From Candidatus Anstonellales archaeon (lineage in GTDB: Archaea; Micrarchaeota; Micrarchaeia; Anstonellales; CG1-02-47-40), in NCBI GenBank assembly GCA_038869735.1, contig JAWCQO010000003.1, positions 22,353-86,352 of the forward strand: a DNA stretch of 64,000 nucleotides, in the 5' to 3' direction. Within the stretch, counting starts at the first letter, position 1. Each line of letters opens with the position of its first letter. Positions 58,217 through 64,000 of this stretch are shown in pieces. A program made the translations under genes and the position numbers. The notes under the pieces were generated by a model. It was given only the letters and a program-made list of their open reading frames with translations, was not told where the DNA came from and did no database searches.

Positions 58217-59359
58217 ATGAAAATAGCACTTGGTTTCGGCACAAGGGCCTGCTCAATAAAGATGGCTCCTCTTATTCGAGAATCTCAAAAAAGGGGACAC
58301 GAAACATTAATCCTTTACACCGGACAACATTACTCACCAAACCTCTACGAAGATCTTTTTGATGATTTGGAAATACCGCGACCGACTCTGGATATAATGG
58401 CAAGGGGTGAACCAGAAGAGCTTGGAGCAAAAATAATCCCTTCAACCGTTAGTTTTTGCAGGAGATACAAACCAGATGTCCTTCTTACTCATGGCGACAC
58501 ATTTAGTGCAATGTACCTCTCCATAGGAGCGGCATTAGCTCTAACTCCTGTTGGTCACGTAGAAGCTGGCTTGAGAACTTACTCCTGGGAACCATATCCC
58601 GAGCAAATATGTACAAAAACAGCAGACGCCTGCTCTTCGCTTTTTTTTGCTCCAACCGAAAAAAATAGGCAAGACCTACTTTCAGAGCATCAGCCTGATG
58701 AGAGAATTTTTGTTGTTGGGAATACTGTAGTTGATGCCGCACTTCAACATTCAGAGCTAGCAATGAAAAAGAGCAGGATTGTTGAGAAGTTCAAGCCAAA
58801 GCATCCGTTTGTTTTTTGGTCATGCCACCGAAAAGAAAATTTGCTTCACGAGCAGCGGATGAGGGGAATCTTTGAATCAATTTTAGAGCTTACTGATGTG
58901 CATTTTTTTTGCTCAGTCCTTCCAAGCACGCAGATAGCAGCAGAAAAATGGGGCTATGCAAAGAAGCTTGAAACGGCTTCCCATATATTTTGGGAACCTT
59001 GCTTGCCAAAGTATACTGACTCGCTTCGCCTAATGCTGGAGTCAGACCTTATACTAACTGACTCTGGAGGAATGCAGGAAGAAGCCGCCTCCCTACACAT
59101 ACCTTGTCTAACGTTGAGGTATGTTACTGATCGCCCAGAGTCCGTCCAAGCAGGCGCCAACAAATGCATCGGCTGTGAAAAAAAAACCATAAAAGAAGAG
59201 GTTAAAAACGTGCTTAAAAACAAGGAAATCGCTGACAGGATGCGCTCCGCCAAGAATCCATATGGAGACGGAAAAAGTAGCGAAAGAATAATAAGAATCA
59301 TTGAGCAATTTGAAGGCAGGATGGATAGATGGGAAAGCAAAATTGTGAACCAGAGCTGA
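58217..59359 (+). CDS. Second UDP-N-acetylhexosamine 2-epimerase-like protein, divergent
   Basis: TGQHY, HGDT, HVEAGLR, HR.EN, TDSGG.QEEA, NPYGDG; GTRAC and PEQICT deviate from GTRPE and PEE.NR. Confidence 0.85.
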   Translation: MKIALGFGTRACSIKMAPLIRESQKRGHETLILYTGQHYSPNLYEDLFDDLEIPRPTLDIMARGEPEELGAKIIPSTVSFCRRYKPDVLLTHGDTFSAMYLSIGAALALTPVGHVEAGLRTYSWEPYPEQICTKTADACSSLFFAPTEKNRQDLLSEHQPDERIFVVGNTVVDAALQHSELAMKKSRIVEKFKPKHPFVFWSCHRKENLLHEQRMRGIFESILELTDVHFFCSVLPSTQIAAEKWGYAKKLETASHIFWEPCLPKYTDSLRLMLESDLILTDSGGMQEEAASLHIPCLTLRYVTDRPESVQAGANKCIGCEKKTIKEEVKNVLKNKEIADRMRSAKNPYGDGKSSERIIRIIEQFEGRMDRWESKIVNQS

Positions 59360-59365
59360 TGTCTT

Positions 59366-60073
59366 ATGAAAAAAGCTTTTGTTTTGTGTGGAGGAAAAGG
59401 AACACGCCTTCGCCCTCTTACTTACGCAGTACCAAAGCCGATGCTTCCTGTTGGAAGAAAACCAATTCTTGAGTTCGTGCTTGCAAACCTCAAGCGAAAC
59501 GGCTTTAATGATGTTACTCTTGCTGTCGGATACCTCAAAGAGCATATAAAAAATTATTTTGGGGATGGCTCGAAGTTCGGCGTCAGAATAGACTATCTGG
59601 AAGAGGCGAGCGAATCGGGCACTGCAGGCTGTATCCTGCCGGCAAAAAGCAAGATAAAGGATACCTTTTTAGTCGTTATGGGGGACCACCTTACAAATGC
59701 AAATCTTCGTGAGTTATATGAACACCACAGGAAGAACAATCCTCTTGCAACCATAGGTCTAAAGCGCCAAGGGATGCCACTTGAATACGGCATTGCAAAA
59801 GTAAATGAAACGAACAACCAGATCCTATCCTTTGAAGAAAAACCTATACTAGAGAATCTTGTTAATGCAGGCATCTATGTATTTGAGCCAGAGATATTTG
59901 ACTATATCTCTCAAGGTTCTGACTTTGCTCGTGACGTTTTTCCTCTACTCTTAAAAAAGAAAAAGAAGCTCTTAGCCTACATTTTTGATGATTACTGGAT
60001 GGATATAGGAAGAATGGAAGACTATGAAAGCGTCCACCGAATAATGAGCATCCTTGAAATAACCAAAGAATAA
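59366..60073 (+). CDS. NDP-sugar synthase / sugar-1-phosphate nucleotidyltransferase (Mpg1/GCD1-like)
   Basis: LCGG.GTRLRPLT..PKP.LP, GTAG, MGD, EKP, NAGIY, W.DIG. Confidence 0.88.
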   Translation: MKKAFVLCGGKGTRLRPLTYAVPKPMLPVGRKPILEFVLANLKRNGFNDVTLAVGYLKEHIKNYFGDGSKFGVRIDYLEEASESGTAGCILPAKSKIKDTFLVVMGDHLTNANLRELYEHHRKNNPLATIGLKRQGMPLEYGIAKVNETNNQILSFEEKPILENLVNAGIYVFEPEIFDYISQGSDFARDVFPLLLKKKKKLLAYIFDDYWMDIGRMEDYESVHRIMSILEITKE

Positions 60074-60174
60074 AAAACGAAAAACGTTGAGCCTTCGTGC
60101 TATCAAAAGCTTTAAATACCTCCAATAATAGAAATTATACCCTCCATAATAAAAGTTATATATAATCAATTAGT

Positions 60175-61725
60175 GTGTATTATATGCAAGTCTACAGATT
60201 CGTTAAACCTGATAGAAAACTCCAGCTCGAGCAAGCGCATAAAGAGCAAAAATTATTTGAAAAGCAACTTTCTGTTAAGCTATCACACGTCGAAACAGCT
60301 GTGAGCTCCTACGACGATCTCTCCATTATTCTAAAAAAAATTGAGCTAATCCTCCCACATGTGATAATCCCATTGTTTAGCTCCCTCGAAGAAGTTGGAA
60401 AAAATCCATCTAAGCGCACTATATCAGATTTACTTGCAATTCTTAAGTCTACTAAAGAAGAAAGAAAAGTACTGTATGGACTCCTAAATGAACTTAATAC
60501 TACCTTTAGTAATCTCAGAATTTCCATAAAAAAACTTAATCAAACCGACTTCAACTGGGTTTCAAACGGCATCTTAGAAGAACTCCCTTCAGATTTAGAG
60601 ATCAAAATAAAAGAAATATACCGTCTAAGCGGCTTTGTAGAGACAATTGGCTCTTTATCAAACACCACTTCAAAAGTTCTTTCTACCTTTGACTCTCCTT
60701 TACCGCCAAACGAGATAAAAAGCATCAGAAAAAAATTAAACAATGATATGCTGAATCTCTCTAAATACAGTTCGATGCTTTCGCATATTATAAATTATTC
60801 ATTGAAAGGTCTAATTCAAGAAACTCTAAACGGCAATTATCAATTTTCACGATTTTTTATATCCGAATTTGAAAAAAAATATGAATGGTTATACTCTGAC
60901 CCAAGAATTCAGAATTTAATCTCTGAATACGAGAGAAGTAATGTAATAATTTATATGGACCTTGTATCAACACTTCTTGAGATAACAAAAGAACAATTCC
61001 TTAAAGAGAACTGGAAAAAACTCCTCTCCAAATTAGCTACCTCTAATATTCGAAATCCCACTTTTCAAAAAGTAAAGCCTCTAGTTGAACGTCCTCTCAT
61101 AACCAACCAAAACACCCCAGCCAAGAACCCCCCAGAAACCTCCACTGAACTTTTCTATCGCCACCTAATTGAAGCCACCCCAGCCAAGAACCCCCCAGAA
61201 ACCTCCACTGAACTTTTCTATCGCCACCTAATTGAAGCAGGAGCAACCCCCCAAGAAGCGCACGAATTACTTAAAATTAAGACTACGCTCAGAAGATTAA
61301 ATTTCTTCAGCCTAGAGGAAGCGGTTAAGTTTATTCGATCAAAACTTGAAAATGGGCTTTCCTTAAACCACGCTGCCCTGAAATTATCCAACCGAGATTC
61401 CTTTAGAACAAGAACAATGGATTTCCTAATCCCTATCTTAAAAGCTGGAGGTATAAGCGATTTTGCTTCTCGCGCGTTGGCCGATTCTTGCATCCATTGC
61501 GCTGCTTCCATCTCTCCTAAATCCATAACGCCGGACAAAATTAGACAGTTTGCCATTCAAAACTCAGAACTTATCGTTCGTGAAGCTTCAGAAAAATGCC
61601 CAGAGATAAACTTAAACGTTGAACATCATCATCGTCTTTTTGTGGATTCCCTTAGCCATAAACCCTCTCAATCGTCCTCTGAAAAAAACAATCAAACAAT
61701 TACATATACGCAGAAAATAAGATGA
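60175..61725 (+). CDS. Hypothetical all-alpha/coiled-coil protein with an exact internal 21-aa duplication (start may be ATG 60184)
   Basis: 516-aa ORF filling the gap between two sugar genes; no recognised motif. Confidence 0.7.
   Translation: MYYMQVYRFVKPDRKLQLEQAHKEQKLFEKQLSVKLSHVETAVSSYDDLSIILKKIELILPHVIIPLFSSLEEVGKNPSKRTISDLLAILKSTKEERKVLYGLLNELNTTFSNLRISIKKLNQTDFNWVSNGILEELPSDLEIKIKEIYRLSGFVETIGSLSNTTSKVLSTFDSPLPPNEIKSIRKKLNNDMLNLSKYSSMLSHIINYSLKGLIQETLNGNYQFSRFFISEFEKKYEWLYSDPRIQNLISEYERSNVIIYMDLVSTLLEITKEQFLKENWKKLLSKLATSNIRNPTFQKVKPLVERPLITNQNTPAKNPPETSTELFYRHLIEATPAKNPPETSTELFYRHLIEAGATPQEAHELLKIKTTLRRLNFFSLEEAVKFIRSKLENGLSLNHAALKLSNRDSFRTRTMDFLIPILKAGGISDFASRALADSCIHCAASISPKSITPDKIRQFAIQNSELIVREASEKCPEINLNVEHHHRLFVDSLSHKPSQSSSEKNNQTITYTQKIR
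61113..61238 (+). repeat. Perfect 63-nt tandem duplication (61113-61175, 61176-61238)
   Basis: Both units read CACCCCAGCCAAGAACCCCCCAGAAACCTCCACTGAACTTTTCTATCGCCACCTAATTGAAGC; encode TPAKNPPETSTELFYRHLIEA twice. Confidence 0.97.
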
Positions 61726-61874
61726 ACGTAAAGAGTGTTTCTAAACCATTATTTCACCAATTTGTTTAGCTATCCATTAAAAAACGAACAACACCCTCTA
61801 AGGAATCTTTCTCAAACAAATGAGAGGGAACGCGCCCTGATGAACTAGTATAACTCTTACTAAGCTAACCTAAG

Positions 61875-62762
61875 CTAAAGCATCCTAAGTCCATCTTCCA
61901 ATGCAATTTTTGCCTCCCACGACAAAAGAAGTTTAGCGTTCCTCACGTCTGCAATGCTATAGCGTATGTCTCCTTTCCGTTCAGGCTCAAAAATAGGTTC
62001 AAGTCCTTCCATATTGCAAGTTTTTATAATCATCTCTGCAAGTCTGATAACACTCGTACCCACACCTGTTCCTATGTTGATGGCGCATCCAGAGACATCT
62101 GAGTCATATGCCTTGATAACCGCGTTACAAACATCCAGAACATGAACAAAATCTCTTACTTGTTTTCCATCACCATATATCACTGGCGGTTTTCCAGACA
62201 TAACCCTACTAAAGAATTTTGTTATTACTCCTGAATAGGAACTCTTACTAGACTGCCCTTTTCCATAAACATTAAAAATCCTAAGCGCAATTGCGCTCAA
62301 TTTGTGGATTTTTGCATAATTGAGCACATATCTCTCAGCTGTAAGCTTTGAAATTCCATATGGCGATATCGGTATAGGCTCTTCATCTTCACTTACAGGA
62401 GCTTGGCGAGGTTGCCCGTAAACTGCAGCAGAAGAAGAATAGACAAATCTTTTAACTCCGAATTTTTTTGCAGCTATAAGGCAATTAAGCGCCCCAATCG
62501 CGTTTTCTTCGAAATCATATAATGGATCCTCAAGCGACTTTCCAACATCAATCTGTGCAGCAAGGTGAATTATTCCATCACATCCAGAAACTGCCCTCTC
62601 AACATCCTCAAGTCTCCTTATGTCGCCCTCTACAAATTCTAATCTGTCATCTTCAAGCGCCATTTCGCGTATATCAAACGCCCGCACCCTTTCGCGCCTC
62701 TCAATCAGACTCCTAACCACATAACTACCTATAAACCCACTTGAGCCGGTTACAAGAATCAT
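61875..62762 (-). CDS. NAD-dependent epimerase (GalE-like SDR)
   Basis: TGSSGFIG, HLAA, SSSAAVYG, YGISK, FNVYG, RDFVHV.D. Confidence 0.92.
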   Translation of the reverse strand: MILVTGSSGFIGSYVVRSLIERRERVRAFDIREMALEDDRLEFVEGDIRRLEDVERAVSGCDGIIHLAAQIDVGKSLEDPLYDFEENAIGALNCLIAAKKFGVKRFVYSSSAAVYGQPRQAPVSEDEEPIPISPYGISKLTAERYVLNYAKIHKLSAIALRIFNVYGKGQSSKSSYSGVITKFFSRVMSGKPPVIYGDGKQVRDFVHVLDVCNAVIKAYDSDVSGCAINIGTGVGTSVIRLAEMIIKTCNMEGLEPIFEPERKGDIRYSIADVRNAKLLLSWEAKIALEDGLRML

Positions 62763-62772
62763 ACTACCATCT

Positions 62773-63762
62773 TCATATCAGCAATGGTTGAAATCCCCTC
62801 GAAAAGATTATTAGCACAGCAACTGCGCATATAACTTCAAACCCTATAAATACAATAACAAGATTTCTTTCGCTTATGCCTCCAGTAATTTTCATAACAA
62901 GCTGTGCAAATCCACGAACCTTTCCCCCATACGGATAAAGCTTTCCGTCCTTCTCCTCACCCCACCAATAATCTGTGGGAAATCTGTTTGCAAGTTTTAT
63001 AAAAAAGTCAATAATATGCGGGATAACAAGAATTGCGCCAGCGCTTTCAAAATTACCTAAAATAACCGCACAAGCAAGCGCACTTCCAATTGAAAGCGTT
63101 CCAATATCCCCCATAAATATCCTTGCAGGATACCAGTTAAAGATTATAAAAGCCAGGAGTGATCCTAACATTGCAAATGAGATAACTGCCGATTCTACTT
63201 TCCCAAGCATAATAGACAATGCAGCAGTACACGCAAACATAACCATTCCCATCCCAGCCTCCATCCCGTTGAATCCTGCAAGCATATTTGTCAGATTAGA
63301 GGCCACTGTAATCCCAAGTGGGATAAACACGACTACATATAAGAGTCCAAAATCAACCTCACCAAAAAACGGAATAAACATTACGGTTGTACCAGCTTTC
63401 ACTGCAACCAAAGGAATCGATGCAAAAATAGGAATAATTGCCTTTATTATCTGCTTCATATTAAATAAGTCATCAAAAACTCCAATAAGAGAGGTTGCAA
63501 GTATCGTTGCAAGCGCTCCAAGAGTGTAGACAAGATGAAACTCAAATCCAAAAAACGTATTCATGCTCACTGCCAATAGAATTCCCGCCCCTACACCCAT
63601 AATTATCATCATACCGCCCATTTCTGCAACTTGTCTTCCACTTTTTTTGTTTACATCCTTGCCTACAATACCAGCGGCCTCAAACTTTCTGATAAGCCTT
63701 GGAGTTGTTATGAACGTAACAAAAAACGAGACTAGAAAAATAGCAGCAATTTCAGCTATCAT
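62773..63762 (-). CDS. aglH: UDP-GlcNAc:dolichol-phosphate GlcNAc-1-phosphotransferase (AglH/Alg7/GPT, MraY-like family)
   Basis: G.D.NK, .EMGG, DD in TM loop, N.TNMLAGFNGME (GPT-type), IFMGDIG. Confidence 0.85.
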   Translation of the reverse strand: MIAEIAAIFLVSFFVTFITTPRLIRKFEAAGIVGKDVNKKSGRQVAEMGGMMIIMGVGAGILLAVSMNTFFGFEFHLVYTLGALATILATSLIGVFDDLFNMKQIIKAIIPIFASIPLVAVKAGTTVMFIPFFGEVDFGLLYVVVFIPLGITVASNLTNMLAGFNGMEAGMGMVMFACTAALSIMLGKVESAVISFAMLGSLLAFIIFNWYPARIFMGDIGTLSIGSALACAVILGNFESAGAILVIPHIIDFFIKLANRFPTDYWWGEEKDGKLYPYGGKVRGFAQLVMKITGGISERNLVIVFIGFEVICAVAVLIIFSRGFQPLLI

Positions 63763-63767
63763 TACAA

Positions 63768-64000
63768 TCAACCCAAACGAAAGACCCTAACTTGGCTATT
63801 GCCATAAATCTTTTTAACACCATCAATTTCATCGAAGAATAACTTAAATGCGTTGGTGTCGTAGATCCCCTGAACCCAAACCATCCTCTGTTTTGGATGA
63901 TAAAACGGCAATGACTCATCAAGAGCAAGTATACTTGAGTAAGGAATAGTACCTATCGGCACTCCAAAAGAATCGAAATACACCGCATCCTCTATAGGAA
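63768..64000 (-). CDS. 3' end of a gene running off the window; C-terminus resembles STT3/AglB
   Basis: Frame stays open to the window edge (..PIEDAVYFDS..); tail IYDTNAFKLFF-DEIDGVKKIYG--NSQVRVFRL aligns by eye with FYDSVLYQGFYLKELPGFELVYETKEGEVKIYRL of AglB at 18989. Confidence 0.6.
   Translation of the reverse strand, partial: PIEDAVYFDSFGVPIGTIPYSSILALDESLPFYHPKQRMVWVQGIYDTNAFKLFFDEIDGVKKIYGNSQVRVFRLG

Noticed and set aside
61837-61870. Hammerhead ribozyme (CTGATGA core)
   Set aside because: No downstream stem II-GAAA element or closing helices
45810-63529. Long antisense ORFs (e.g. 45810-46313, 55197-55700, 58954-59340, 62975-63529; also 16320-16775)
   Set aside because: They lie opposite well-supported conserved genes, have no motifs, and are typical codon-shadow ORFs

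Overview
Gene-dense archaeal chromosomal segment. The pilin motifs, KaiC-type ATPase, AglB and intron-containing tRNA point to a DPANN archaeon, possibly Micrarchaeota (inference only). Almost the whole window concerns the cell surface. (1) 26-8817: a type IV pilus locus with six class III signal-peptide proteins, a CBS-wHTH protein, a VirB11/CpaF-type ATPase and two TadC-like proteins. (2) 8899-10897: a candidate KaiC signalling module with two small paralogous membrane proteins, a Walker-A-less KaiC-like domain and an intact KaiC/RAD55 ATPase. (3) tRNA-Leu(TAA) with a 33-nt intron. (4) 11340-17344 (minus): geranylgeranyl reductase, cis-prenyltransferase, DUF192, a second pilus ATPase, a double-domain TadC and a PAC2 chaperone. 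(5) 17408 to the window end: a ~47 kb protein-glycosylation cluster. It holds AglB, AglH/Alg7, two flippases, five GT4, two GT2 and three other GT-C enzymes. It also has a WbpA/B/E/D/I-like di-N-acetyl-uronic-acid route with a fused acetyltransferase-aminotransferase, dTDP-sugar genes, a methyltransferase, and two separate heptose (HddA/GmhA) modules, one led by a transaldolase. The window ends in the C-terminal tail of a probable second AglB-like gene. No CRISPR array, rRNA or mobile element was recognised. All calls rest on motif recognition by eye; no database search was run.
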